A stretch of DNA of 51,726 nucleotides, from contig NMRA01000849.1 of the NCBI GenBank assembly GCA_002633005.1, positions 69,571-121,296 of the forward strand, given 5' to 3'. Source of the stretch: Phoronis australis (lineage: Eukaryota; Animalia; Phoronida). A program made the translations under genes and the position numbers. Each line of letters begins with the position of its first letter. Position 1 is the stretch's first letter. This document shows positions 1 through 12,925 of this stretch, piece after piece. The notes under the pieces are model-generated. The model was not told the DNA's origin and made no database searches. It saw only the letters and a program-made list of their open reading frames with translations.

Positions 1-689
1 AGTTTCATTTCAAGTAGAGTTAGGAAGTGAATTTTCATGAATTTTAACAAGTTACTGGAGTATTTTAAATGACTAACTATGATTTTTAAGCTTGTGTCAG
101 TGCCTTCAACTGAATGATTTTCTATTTCAGTACAGCTAGATCACTTGAAGGGGTGCCTTCTTCAGTGGTACATCTTCCCCTGTACTGCCAAAATGAAGTC
201 GCATTGTAATGAATTGCTGTGCCAAGCTGAGGACTGATTTCACTATTTCTGATTCAGTTATGAGATAACTAAAAGATTGGAAAAATAAATGAGAAGCATG
301 TTTTGTACTGATGAGAAAAAAGTTTCCTTGATGATAACGTATCTTATGTAAAGAGGTCTTCATTTCTATCTCAGTCAAAAACAGTCACATTACATATAAT
401 TCTGTTGTGGCTAACTATTTTTCCTATGTTCCACCCATGCAGTGGCAACAGTCTATAGCTGTTACGTATGTACATGTACGCCCCACTGATATAATCATTA
501 ACTTCCCAAACATGACACAAATTTATTTTCATCTTCATTGAACAGATCATCCAAGGCACTGGCAAGAGAAGACACTAGACAAAAAACCCTCACTTTTGAC
601 AAGATTGGTCAACCCTCCAAAATTTTGCTTCTTTCATATAACTAATCCCTGGCGTACGTTCTTTCAATTCCATTTCTTGACATAGCTCA

Positions 690-1911
690 AAGATGATAAG
701 TCCAATACAAAATGTTATCATTTTTTATTTAAGCAGTGAGTACGAAGGAAGTGACCTTTCAATTTTCTAGAGTGAAAGACTTTCAAGGTAGTTGAGGGTT
801 ATATCTCTACCCTACATCAGTCAAAGCTGAAATAATCTCAGTACAGTAACCATAATGTGTGAGCGAAAATGATCCAATCTTTTACCATAAGTAACCTTGA
901 ATGCACAGTACTTTAGATCATTAAGCATTACAAATGGTATCCAACTGCACACAATTTTCTTGACTACTAATTTGCATGCACATAACTATTACCATGTCGA
1001 CTGACTAGTATTTCCTTACACCAGAATTCCACAACCATGATTTAAAAAATATGAAGTTGCAAGTTACAAGGATTGGAGGCTTGAAGATTCACAATCCAAC
1101 ATAGCCTATTTCTTTTATTAAAATTCTTCATATAATATTATTGCCTTTAGTTGATAACCTGAAGAAAGAAAGCAACAAGTTACAAAACACGACTTCAAAT
1201 CACAAATTTGCCACAAAATTCAGAGAAATATGAATCATTTTGTGGTACATAATCGAGCCTTGAAGAGCAGTTGGCTGTCAAACAAAAAAACATTTCAAAA
1301 AATATTTCAACTTTTTTAGCCGAGTGTAAGATCACCTGAATGGGAAATTCACAGTAAAATAATAAGAATATTCCTAATATTTTTTGCACAAAAACATGAA
1401 AATTGATCAGAGTTCCTTTTTTGTAGCAGCGTTTGTCAAAATGTATCAACGTTAAATCTTCACAATTTACAAAGTAGCCGGTTGAACATGCCTTTCAGTT
1501 CAGCAAAAGTCGCCATGTTGTCGGTGCCGCCGGAAATGAGACTAAGTCCAACGGGAATTCTCAGCACTTTTATCACTCAATAAGTAAGAACTGCGATGCT
1601 TAAATTTGGTGGAAACTAGTGAATCGCGCAGAATAGTAAGTAAAGATATGTCTCCCTAATTTTTACCGTAAATTATCGGCGACAATAATTTATTTTAAGT
1701 TTTAAACTCGTAACTTATTCCGCTGTCGTCCAAGATTGCCGAACCGATCCAAACAAGTGACCCAAATTTCGCCACACAAATTGCAATAACTTTGCACTGC
1801 TTGGCTCGATTTTGATAATTCTTCGATTTTTATTGAGTAGGATGCATTATCTTCCCGGTGATAGTAGAGAATTTTTTCAAAACGAAAACAAAAATTTTTG
1901 TTCGACCGCCC
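690..1911 (-). mobile_element. Terminal ~1.2 kb of a DNA-transposon-like interspersed repeat (copy 1; the inverted copy is at 24830-25953)
   Basis: Its reverse complement aligns collinearly with 24833-25934, e.g. 1489-1530 TGCCTTTCAGTTCAGCAAAAGTCGCCATGTTGTCGGTGCCGC vs 25253-25294. The minus-strand terminus reads TA|GGGCGGTCGAAC. Confidence 0.75.
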
Positions 1912-3199
1912 TACTGAAGGTCCTTTTCATTCAAGTTTTCATCTGGGAAGGTTGGATGAAAACAGAGGAGATGACAATATCGATGACACCTTATATAAAT
2001 GTTACCCTGCCTTTTTCAGTTCTTGTTCCTGGATTCAGAAGTAGCCCAGAACCTTAGGGAAAAAAGACATACTACGAAAACGAATCAAATTTTTAAAATC
2101 ATCGCCTTCGTGTGAATACGTGTTTGGTGTTGCTGTCGCCAGACTGTTGTTCCTCCCCAACATCAATGTCGAAAATCGACGTTACAAGTGATGCAAACTG
2201 GTGTCCTTTGTTTCTAACTTTTAACCCATTTTTTAAAGAAAGCGGTGTACTGATTTTGTCTAACGTTGATAGAGCATAACTTTTGGTTTTTACAATGCAT
2301 TAATTGTGTTGAATGCATTCATATTAGGTGGCTTCATTGAAGTGAACAGAAAATAAACTAAATGTAACATAATTTAGTTTTGAAAATAAATAGAACAGTA
2401 AAACAGGACTCCTTAAAAATCGAGCTGTTTTCAAAAACTGCACCATTGGTGATCTGATTGATTCATGCATTTACGGCGGGAAAATAATAGACCAAGTATG
2501 GTGCACGTGTGCACTGTAACAACACTTTGTATCTTATTCTTATTTGGCCAATCTGTTGATGCAGAGAATTTCCTTATTTATGCCCATCCTGATTTGACTG
2601 CAACTTGAGCTTGTTGGGTTCTATCGTATATTGGGTTGGCATTGAGACCCACATGAAGCTTACTCGAATGGGCTTCATTTTACCAAGTATCTCAAATTGA
2701 GGTGAAGTAAATAAACAAAGTGGGTGATTATCATCACGAGAATTTCATCATTAGTATCTTTTGCCGGGTGCTCAAATTTCTGAGACTAGGGATTGTCAGA
2801 TTTGTAAGGTAGAAATGTTTCGCTGGATTTCCAGGTCTGTGGCGTTATTTATACCGGACCAAAATTAAAAAAAAACAGACCTTTGTTTAAATCAGGAGCT
2901 GCATGATACACATTTATTAGACGTGCGCAGGCATTGCACTGATCACTTGGAACCATTTTTATAGTTTATTAATATATAATTAAACCAAGCTGAGGAGTTT
3001 GAAACCTGATTCACGGCAATTTTTGGCAGTGGGATTTTCTGAAAAATGCTCGTAAGTTGACAACAAATTTTGATAGCAATGCACTGCAGTTTTGTAGAAA
3101 CTCTGTTCATAGGTTACAGATGCGTCACAGAGCGTAACTTTGATGAATTTTATCTTACGATTTCACCTGTTTCGGAGGCCGGGTTTCAACCACTTTTGT

Positions 3200-3277
3200 G
3201 CTATAATAAGCGCCCCCTTCCTGAAGCGGATTTTTCTAAGCACCCTGGCCGCTTATTAGGGCGCATACGGCATACGG
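3200..3277. mobile_element. Right terminus of a Tc1/mariner (pogo-like) non-autonomous element
   Basis: ATAAGCGCCC...GCTTATTAGGGCGCATACGG(CATACGG)|TA resembles the reverse complement of CCGTA..TAATAAGCGC pogo-type TIRs. A similar left end lies at 34001. Confidence 0.45.
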
Positions 3278-4273
3278 TAATATTTCAGACGGGCAATACT
3301 TAGTATCCTTTATGCAAGGGACCCTTTTGTTACATTAGGATTGGGATTGGCTCATTATGTACCCTACAGGTGGCATAGGACTTTACAAAACTGGTTGAAG
3401 AATTTCGTTTTCGTCATAAACGTTCGTTTGAAAGGCTTAAGTTTAGAAATGTTAGGACTTAAGGCGGAAATTTAAAAAACCATATGTCCGCTTACAAAAA
3501 AAATTAACATTGAAGAATAAAAACAACCTTTACACCCCTCTGGTGTTCCTGTTCCATGTTTTCAAAGAAGTTGGTTGCATTTTCATAGACTGCAGTCGAG
3601 AGATTTGGTGCGGCATATATTCGACATGGAATGAGTGCAAGATAGATTTTGACTTGTCTGGATGGTTATTTATGAAGTATTAATGTAATCTTTATTGATG
3701 TTAAAGGTTTTACCAGAGTTCTATTTATTTGTACACGAATGTGAATTTGTTGAAATCGCTGATCCAAATCCTGGCCAAATGTGCGCATTCTGCTGAGACG
3801 AACCGTCTGATCAGCGCCAGCGAAGAGTAATTTGGTTAATTCGCTCACTAGGCTATGGCTGAACTTCCTCGTAAGGACAAGAGTTTACAAGTCACTACAG
3901 TGTACCTATGGAAGACATTTAGCGTATAATTTTCGTCAAAACGTTTAGCAGATAGTTTTCATCAAAACGGAGAAAACAAAAATGGATTTGTGAAGACAGG
4001 ATTAAGTAGTAGAGTCTCTTAAAAACATTCATTTTCGAAGTGCCTTGAAGAAGTGTATAAAGTCTTATTGCTGAAACAACTGCCATTCACGTTGACACGA
4101 GGAGTAAGGTTTTCTTCTCACAGCCGATTATGGGGTCTTCGGATGGTATGGAAGCTAATTCCTTTGCATTTCGCGTGTGTGGCCGAACAACCGGCCACAC
4201 AGTAGCCGACCATGATTAGCAGACGACGTACATGTACTTGCCGGAAATTGCACCAGATAATTTAGCCAGCCAC

Positions 4274-4421
4274 CCGTTCAGTAACGTTAGGACCTCGCTA
4301 AAAAGCAAGACTTCGCGAGATTACGTGAGATATTGCCGTACATTTTAAATAAGAACACGTGACTTTGACTAGGTTTTAGCTAGGTCCTAGCGTAGGTCCT
4401 AGCGTCTACTGAACACAACCC
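4274..4421. mobile_element. Short MITE with ~20-bp imperfect TIRs
   Basis: Left GTTCAGTAACGTTAGGACCT pairs with right AGGTCCTAGCGTCTACTGAAC. A partial internal copy (AAAAAGCAAGACTTCG.GAGAT...TATTGCCGT) lies at ~5967-6020. Confidence 0.5.
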
Positions 4422-6196
4422 AGGTGTCGCCAGTGAATAATGACGTTAGGGCTTGTGCGTAAGGTCACAGATTTCTTCCATTGAAAGTATACGGAGTTGG
4501 CGGTCCATGTACTATAGTCTATGGTGCTATGAAGTATTGCCCATATTTTTGCATACTGCCGTTCTCATGAACAATGCTGATATTACCAAAATGCATCCAG
4601 TCTGAATCAACAAAGAAAAAACAATGGACAATATTAAATTTGTGGGAAATAAATTACCACACAGGTCTTGACTAGTAACACCCTAGAAGACATGTCACGT
4701 GACAACTGATGTTGCAGAGACAGGTTCTGTATCTCTCAAGACAACTTGCAACAAAACAACTAGTAGAAGCAGCACAAAACTCAAGATTATCCCACAACTT
4801 TGTAACTTAGTCAAAACTTGACGTTGATTGACTTTGCGTAGTGTACGTACCCCCCCAACCAGTACCATTTTTTTCTGTTGAATACTGGACCCAACATTAC
4901 TTTAACTATTTTGACCCATTGGTGAATGTGTTGAAAAGCAGGCAAATACCATCAATAAAGTTTTTGAAAAAAGTAGTTACCTGTCATTTTCTTTTTGTTA
5001 GTATCATATATCAAGAGGAGAAGTTTTCATTATACTGTGTTAAGGTATGCAATGTGTCGTCATCTAGAACAAAAATCTTGATCAGCACCGTAATAACTTT
5101 TGTTACTTTAGTATGTGATACTTCTTCAATTTGATCATAATTTTACTAAATTAACAATTACCTTTATGATTTTTTGCATGATAGAAGTGAGCTGTGACCA
5201 AAAGTTGCAGTGCACGTACCCTTTTATAAAACTGTGATGCATTAGGCCATACAATTGTATTCGGTGGTTCTTGCGCAAAAGTATTTTAGATTACAAACCT
5301 GGAATGATGGTACTTTAAAATAACACAGCTTTTACAATTACATGGCAACCTTCACCTTTCACCTGGCCACCGAATATGGACCTTAATTGTGATTTGCCAT
5401 TTATTTAAGCGACATTCACTAAATTCCTCATTCCAACGGAGACGGATCTGAAACTGGCGAGTTTCCGATTTTGGGAACTGCTTGAAGAAAAATTTTGATA
5501 ACGGGAGTATTACTTCCAGCTGGAGAGAATTAATTAATTAATTATGGAGTGATAGCATGATGGCTTCCTCTGGGAGGATCGACGGTGAATGGTAGCGTCC
5601 CTTACTTGGTGGCGATTTTTTTCTTTGCGTTAAAAATTTCTAGTAATTTACAGTATTACCCTTCAACAGGCTTTCTACAGATTTTGCTGCGGCGAAGTTT
5701 TCATGGTTTTTCGAAAGATGCCGCAAAAATGAAATAGTGACATGTGTGCGGGCCTCTGTTATCAAACTCGACGGAACATTTTTTCGTTGTTACCAAAGGT
5801 GAAGAACAACGCAAGAGAATGATGTTTGATTAAATTGTTTTCCACTTAACCATTCCAAAGCTGTTGTCTTTGTTCGATCTTAAACTTTCTTCCTCTCACA
5901 CCTAACCTGATATCTCAGCTAAAAGTGGCTAGAGTGCATATAATGCTTAGACCCCAGCACCTTGCTTAAAAAGCAAGACTTCGTGAGATAACGCAAAATA
6001 TTGCCGTGTATTTTTAATGAGATTTCTGTGTTGATAATCATCTCAAAAATAGTGATAAACTGTACGAATTTGTCTTAAAGCATAGCCATTTCAGTATAAG
6101 CTGTACATGTATGTAGGATTAAAAGCAAGTGACTGATCGTTGAATTTTGGTAATTAGTTCAGTTCTAGCATTTTCCTTTCTCATTTTCACCCTTAG

Positions 6197-6367
6197 TTAA
6201 TGATCTGTGTGACGAATGGACTCGGCTTGGCTCGAGTACTGCCAGCTTCAGAAGAGGGAAGCAGATGAGCATACGTTCACGTGACGGGCTATCGCCACCT
6301 AGCAAGGGATCCAATTGTACTGGTCCGGCTGCTGAAGGGGAAGGTTATAACCATCGGCAGTGTCCAG
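6197..6367 (+). CDS. Degenerate thrombospondin type-1 (TSP1) repeat exon, phase 1-1 (possibly a pseudo-exon)
   Basis: ccttag|TT...CCAG|gttggc; 171 bp and open. Reads NDLCDEWTRLGSSTASFRRGKQMSIRSRDGLSPPSKGSNCTGPAAEGEGYNHRQCP, matching TSP1 spacing (W..W..CS..CG.G...R.R.C......G..C.G......CN...CP) with four Cys substituted. Confidence 0.6.
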
Positions 6368-8007
6368 GTTGGCCAGTGATTCGTATTATCTGTCGTGTTA
6401 ATATTCTTTTCATCTTGTGGCATGCCTTGTCGTTGAGTGGTTATTGGTGAGTTGGTGAAGAGCATTCTACATGTACAGCATTCGGGTACAGATACAGTGT
6501 AGAATGCGCTGGGATAGTTCATAGCTTTTTAAGATTCTTCAAGATTATTATGCTGCTAAACTGCCGCTTTTGTGAGTTCAAACGATTCACACAATTACTA
6601 CCAATCTCTCTTTTTTTTGCTCAAAAATATTTCGAACACGAATACACTGCCCTTCTAACACTCCAGTATTCAGGACTACCAACGACGAATGTCATTTTCC
6701 CACCTTTTCATAGTTTTGGAAGTATTCCTACCTTTTCCTCCTTTTTGTCTACATTCCACATTTTCATACTTTAGATTGGTATTTATCGATGAGTAAATTT
6801 CTTGAATCTACATGTAACTAATTAGTAACAATCATTTAGCTAAAACTGCAATACTTATGCTAATTGTTTCAGTGAGAATTTTCAGGCTCCTAAATTGCAA
6901 ATTGTATTCCAAAAATTTTGTTTGAGATAAGGGTGTAAAAGCTGGCCATGTGTTCATCCATCGGTTACTAAACGGAAGGGATGAGATGGTGATTGTCGCT
7001 TAATCATTTGGCTATATTATGCTTGATTAAAGGGAATTCACAATTTTATGAATTACTTCAGTCGAATTATAATTCATTCAGATCTTAAACATAAAATATT
7101 TGCGTTCCAGTTCCAGTGTTGATTTACTGAAAAATGTGTCTTGACCGAGTCTCATCGTAGTGGTCAGATTTGAAAACCTGTGTTTTTATGTTATCACATG
7201 TACAAAAAATAGTGTACACAAATAAAAAATAAGTCCAGAAAGCACTAGGAAGCATTATATCTGGGTAATTCAAATGTATCTAAACGTTCATGTATTAGCG
7301 TTTTTTCTTACACTGCTAGATGGCGCCAGCTGTGCTTTTGCTCATGTTTATCTCCTCTAGTGATATATAAAGTACGCGTTTCCTTCATTTGCTTTCTCAT
7401 TAAAACTGATCGCTTCATTTCTATTTCGATGCCTTCCTTGCACATCCGGTACATTTCTAGGCAGTGGCCAAGTCCATGGTGAAGTAAAGTTACAATTAAG
7501 ATATTTCGCGAATAAAAATAGAGTACACTTAAATCGCAAGACATTGAGTAGTTTAAAAAATTGCGACAATTTGAATATTATATGAACCATCAAAAGTAGG
7601 CAGGTTTTTCCATTACGCCAGGTCACGACATGAGGAATGCAGTCACATTTACTTGGCTTGAAAACTGGTTCAACAAAGATATTGATAGACAACCTTAAAA
7701 AGGCGTGTCGTTTACTGCTTAGCCCCATACATGGGTAAATTTGGTTTACTACAGCAGTCGAACTGTGGCAGTCAGCTGTCTTCTCCCGACAAGAAAAGTC
7801 GCGAATACTTGATAGGCTTGTATACCCGCTAATGCATTTCCGGAAAATTTGGAAACCTGTTGACTTTCTGTGGACCCGCCCAATGTTTTCTTGAAATTTG
7901 GTGTCTGTGACAAGTTTTATGCCAATATCTATGAGGTAACTATTCCCAGTTGCTCCAGCTACTGTACACTGCCGGATAAGACCCCATCGGTTACTATTGT
8001 AAAATAA

Positions 8008-9396
8008 TTACTCTGCGCGTGCAAGTGCAGAGTACTGTTGTTCCTGGGTTTTCTTCAGTTTTATTCTTATTACTCTGCGCGTGTAAGCGCAGAGTACTGT
8101 TGTTCCTGGGTTTTCTTCAATTTTATTCTGATTCTTCTTATTTTTCTTGTTACTCTACGCGTGCAAGCGCAGAGTACTATTGTTCATGAGTTTTTTTTTC
8201 AATTTTATTCTTCTGATTCTTATTCGTATTCTTCTTATTCTTATTCTTCTTCCGACCAACTTTGCCACTTAATAACTACAAATTGGTGGCATGTACATGT
8301 ACGTTCGTTAAATTCAGCATATGATTTTTGACAGTACATACATTTTGTTTTATTATATAATGATATTCCATAATGCACCGGGCAAGGTCATTTGGTGAAA
8401 AGGTCATGTAATATTTAAAATGCTACTCCTTCTTTAATTCAAAAGCTAATCTTTTCAAATTCGGTACACAAGTATAAGTCAAGAAGGCAATTTAAAACAT
8501 TACTTTTCTAAGTAATCGGGTTATCCAATCAGATTGAATAGGTCATTAGGTGAAAACTAAAAATTTTGAGCTAGACACTTCAAATTCACAGGTCTGATTG
8601 GCACAGGTTAATTCAATTTGGAATCCAAAGTTTCAGGTCATTTAGTGCAAACATGGGTCATTAGGTGCATTTTTCTTCTGAAAATTTGACCTTTTCATTC
8701 TCCAAGTATACTGATGTGTCAACCGTTAGACAATTGTGATTCTCAGCATAAAACACGTTTCATGGGCTTTGCAATAATTCTCCTAAAGACGCTTATAATG
8801 CACCGGATAGGGTCAGTTAATGCAGAGGTCATTTAACGCTCAAAATGTTCAAGGAATTCTTTTCAATTTCAGCACACTATTGTAAGTCAACATGCCAATT
8901 GAACAACCAACTTAACTGCCCAATATGCCTAACCAATCAAAAAAAAAAATAGGTGAAAGGTCACTGAGTACAAAATTAAAATTTTGAGCTAGAGACATCA
9001 AAATTACATATCTGTTTATTAAATGCGATTGAGTTTTGAATTTTTGGGTCATTTGTTGCACTCATGGGTCATTAGGTGCATTTTTCTTCTGAAAGCTTGA
9101 CTAATTCATTCATCTTGTATTCTGAAGTGCTTAAAGTAAAACATCTGTGATTCTTAGCATCAACCACACTTTAAATTGGTTTAACAGTTATTCCCTCATC
9201 GGGATTCATAATGCACCGGATGAGGTCAGTTAGTGGAAAGGTAATCAAAATATAGACATGTAATTTCTCCTAAAATTTGAAATAATTCCTTTTCATATTG
9301 GTAAATGGGTTGCTGTCAGTAACTTCCCATAACAATTCCTTTAATACGCACGCGCAGAGTCCATTATTGTGACGCCGTGACAATAATCTTTCTAGT
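8008..9396 (+). mobile_element. Non-autonomous Helentron/HINE (DINE-1-like) element
   Basis: 5' hairpin TACTCTGCGC..GCGCAGAGTA (three copies), a TTC/TTA microsatellite, and ~420-bp internal tandem repeats starting ATAATGCACCGG at ~8370, ~8796 and ~9208. The 3' end has sub-TIR GCACGCGCAGAGT (9348-9360), stem-loop ATTATTGT...ACAATAAT (9363-9387) and terminal CTAGT (9392-9396). Confidence 0.8.
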
Positions 9397-10017
9397 TCCT
9401 TATTCTTCAACTCAAATTGCAATAATCTTTTACTCGTTTTTTCTTTCTATATGAGTTCCTTTGTTAATTAGGGTTTCTTAACATTTTGCTCCCCCATATC
9501 TATTACATTTTTTCTTAGGCGGCCCCTTTCACGCTAGTAATTTTGTGTGCATTTTCTGATTAGTGCTAGTGAGAGGTCTTGGAGCAAACGCAATTATGCG
9601 TCTTCACACTGCGCATTACAACCCTTATCATTACATCGAGTTTGTTGTTTTGGGTTATTTGTTGTGATCGGATGTTTGAAACATCTACATTCGTATGTCA
9701 AGACAAGAGAAGGCTTGATTACCAACGCCATTTTGAGACGCGTGTTGAACTGATATGAAAAAACATATATTCGTATAGGGCGTCAGTGTCATTTTTGCGT
9801 CAGTGACTCAGGGGAGAGCGAAAATATCCCTACGTTATCTCTCTCAATAGAAGTTTGTGCACAATGTGATGTACCTAATTCAACTTAAGTTTAAATGTTT
9901 GTTCCTAATTTTCCCAACATTGTAATGAGTAGTCCATTCCTACGTGATGGTGATACATGCAGATTTAGGAAATAGGAAAGTGAAAAACGATTTTTTGCCC
10001 CCGAACACTAAACGATG

Positions 10018-11150
10018 TTTATTTCGCCTTCTTCTTATTTGTACACATGGCTATCCGCTCAAAGTACAACAACAAACAAAAAAACAAACAAGGTCATTGC
10101 AGTGCTACATGTATGAACACTAGTCAGCAATACACAAACTGTTCCGTTTTTAGATGCGTAGCATACATACATATATTTCACAGCTGAGGTATTAAGATTA
10201 CATAACAGTCTATGAAATGTAAACAAAAGGTGACATGTCCAGTGACTCTCACTTAGAAACTTAATTCTGATTTCGGAAAAAGCGTTGCAATTTAACAAAA
10301 AGTGATAATCATCCTCGACAAAATTCCTCGAGCATAATGCACACAATATGTCTTGATATATCACATCGACATGACCATTTTTTCTGCCAGTCTGTGGTTT
10401 GCCCATCTAAAACCCGTAACACTTTGCACAAGCACTCTTGAAAGATTATCAACTTCTAAATAGTTTTCATGTTTAAATGCAACCATAAAATTTTTGTAAT
10501 AGTTTAACTTAGAATTGGAATCAACAATTGGTCTTCTACCTTTGCAAAGCTCAGTCCTTAACACGTGTGAAAATATTTAAAAACGACTCCTGACATGCGA
10601 CTCCTTGGTTTACCCAAACATCATAGAAACCATACATTGACAATAAATTACGGACTGAGCTTTCCCAACTACACATATGTCAACCATTTTTTCGTCTAGT
10701 CTGTACAACGTGTTGTAAGGTATCCTGGGATAACGTTCCCGTGGAATAGCTAACAAAGTATCTCGTAAACATAAGGTTATCTGCCAATTCACCCAACAGG
10801 CTGCAGCGACAGAGCAAGAACTGACAAGTCCCCAAGATCCATTTTCTAACCACTCGTACTCTTTAAAACCCCAAATCTCAGCACCATAACACAATGTTGG
10901 GTACACCTGGAGTTTATCAAATGGCTGAAAGACAAGTGATGGGGGCACATCATGACATCTGAGCTGTTGTTTCAAAACGAGTGATGCATCTGAGCTTGAT
11001 TGTCAAGAGAGTTTTTGTGACTTTTGACCATGACAATTGAGGTGTGATGAAACACCAAGATATTTATAATGAGGTACAACATCAACTTGCTGATTGTTAA
11101 AAAAAATTCTTTTTATTTGTTAAGGAACTTCCATTTCTACACTCCTTGTT
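10018..11150 (-). mobile_element. Decayed, 5'-truncated LINE (RTE-X-like) ORF2 C-terminus
   Basis: Frameshifted peptides YKYLGVSS, YPTLCYGAEIWGFKEY, LNYYKNF..FKHENYL and TGR...LCALCSRNFVEDDYHFLLNC..FSEIRIK (C-terminal CCHC knuckle). AATAAA on the minus strand at 10023-10018. Confidence 0.8.
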
Positions 11151-11200
11151 TTATAGATTCAAGAGAACCTCGCTCATTGGAGTCAAGTGAGTAAAATTTC

Positions 11201-11233
<33 letters not shown>

Positions 11234-11243
11234 TTGTTTGTTT
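11201..11243. repeat. (TG)n / (TTTG)n microsatellite
   Basis: Read directly from the sequence. Confidence 0.95.
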
Positions 11244-11948
11244 ACCTGCTCTATTGCCTTTTGGATTCGTATCGTTTTAGCGTAATTGATTTTGTAACAA
11301 AGATTGTACTGAAAATATGCATCATCTTAACTCTTCCTTTATCGGAGTTCTGTTAGTTCAGGTGAAATTTGTGTGACAATTAAAGGCGAAGGGAACATTT
11401 TTCATGTCAATTTTAGCAAAGAAGAGGTTCGGTGGTTATCCCACACATATTTTTTCACTTAATTGTAGCTTTTCGTAATTTAATTAACAATTCTTTCTCT
11501 TCTCCGGAAGTGACCTTTTGTGAGGCAAGAATTTCACGCCAACTTATTTTCATATAGTACTGTGAGGGCTGCCGAGTCAGTAATTGTTCTACCTCGGTTG
11601 TGATAAATTCGGCGTCGTTTGTTTTTGTTTACGAGTCAGTCAACATGCCACACTGTTGCTGCGTACCGGCATGTACTCAATAAAGGCGAAGGCAACATTT
11701 TTTCATGTCATTTTGAGCTAAAATAAGGTTTGTTGGTTATCCCATACATATTTTCCACTTAATTACAGCTGTTCGTAATTTTGTTAATTACTCGTCCGCT
11801 ACTCCGCAAGTGACGTTTTAGGAGGCAAGCATTTCGCGCCAATTTCTTTTCATATAGTCTGACTGTGAGAGCTGCCGACTCAGTCATTGTTCTACCTCGG
11901 TTGTGTTAAGTTCTGTCGTCGTTTGCTTTCATTTACTAGTCCGTCAAC

Positions 11949-12708
11949 ATGCCAAACTGTTGCTACGTACCGGGATGTACTAATTATCGTCTCACGTGCG
12001 CTTTGGGAGTACCTTTGCATCGTTTTCCGATGGATGACACACTTCGTCGTACTTGGCTCGTTCGTGTGAAGAACGCAGCGTTACCCCTCCACGCAACGTA
12101 CATAGCAGTCGAGAATTACCGTGTGTGTGGCAAACACTTTCTGTATGCTGAACTGATGAAACAACGCCTGAAGAAGGATGCCATTCCGTCTGTGTTGATT
12201 CCCGGCAGTGCCCCGTCGCCACCCCCGAGAAGTGCGTTTTTGAAGCGAGAAGCCTCGCGAGCTGTGGCCAGTACAGTGACTGGAGCCAGTGGAGGCACTT
12301 CATCTACTGTCAACCGTGCCTCCAAACGTACCCCAGAGCGTGCCATTCCTGGAACCAGTAGTGATTCGCCCTGAGCTGTTTTCTCCAGCCCACAGCCTCT
12401 AAGCAGCCCTGCAGCGATATTGAGTAGTGGGAGTGATTACAGGCCCAGTTCGATACCCAGTGAAGAGGACAGTTCGTCGTCCAGTGAACAGATCTGTGAG
12501 CCAAAGTTTGATAAGATTATTGAGGACTTGTCTAAAATGTTGGAGCTATTTAGAAGGTGCCAGGTGTGTGGCAAGGGAGTCACACGACACGATGTAAGCA
12601 GTTTGGGTGGTCATGTCCCCCTCCAGTGGGAGTGTGTCGCGGGACACTTTGGTAAGCCGAAGTGGGACAGTTGTTCCTCTGTCCGTGGTATGCCGGAGGT
12701 CCACTTAA
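11949..12708 (+). pseudogene. Kolobok transposase N-terminus: THAP zinc finger plus second Cys/His motif, one in-frame stop, truncated before the DDE core
   Basis: MPNCCYVPGCTN...LHRFPMDDTLRRTW...RVCGKHF...LKKDAIPSV is a THAP domain. After TGA at 12372-12374 the same frame continues LELFRRCQVCG...QWECVAGH...WDS...GMPEVHL. Confidence 0.85.
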
Positions 12709-12925
12709 CCGTGTCCAGTAGTGGCTTGGCCTCGTCGAACTCTGAACAGCACAAGCATTCCACTGAGGTAGGCATAACAACGCACACAGTGCATTTGCAC
12801 CAAGATGTGTCACCACGTCTGTCCTCAGTAGCCGCCTCGTTTCTCTCAACAGCTGCCTGTGCCTGTGCGTACTCTGCCTCGTTATACTCGGGCTCAAACA
12901 TGTACCCACCCACTAAATGTCCGTG
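12705..12925 (-). pseudogene. KolX accessory protein N-terminus (P2X7 C-terminal 'ballast'/nanor-like Zn domain), truncated
   Basis: GYMFEPEY...RRGDTSWCKCTVCVVMPTSVECLCCSE matches the Y.FEP...WC.C..C..M....E..CC.E signature. Confidence 0.8.

Noticed and set aside
136-378. P-element transposase C-terminus (FITMRLHF)
   Set aside because: Only a short motif resemblance, insufficient to call a feature.
11384-11985. KolobokP-type long terminal direct repeats or an LTR retroelement
   Set aside because: The direct repeats are adjacent rather than flanking an internal region, and they include the THAP start; nesting explains them better.
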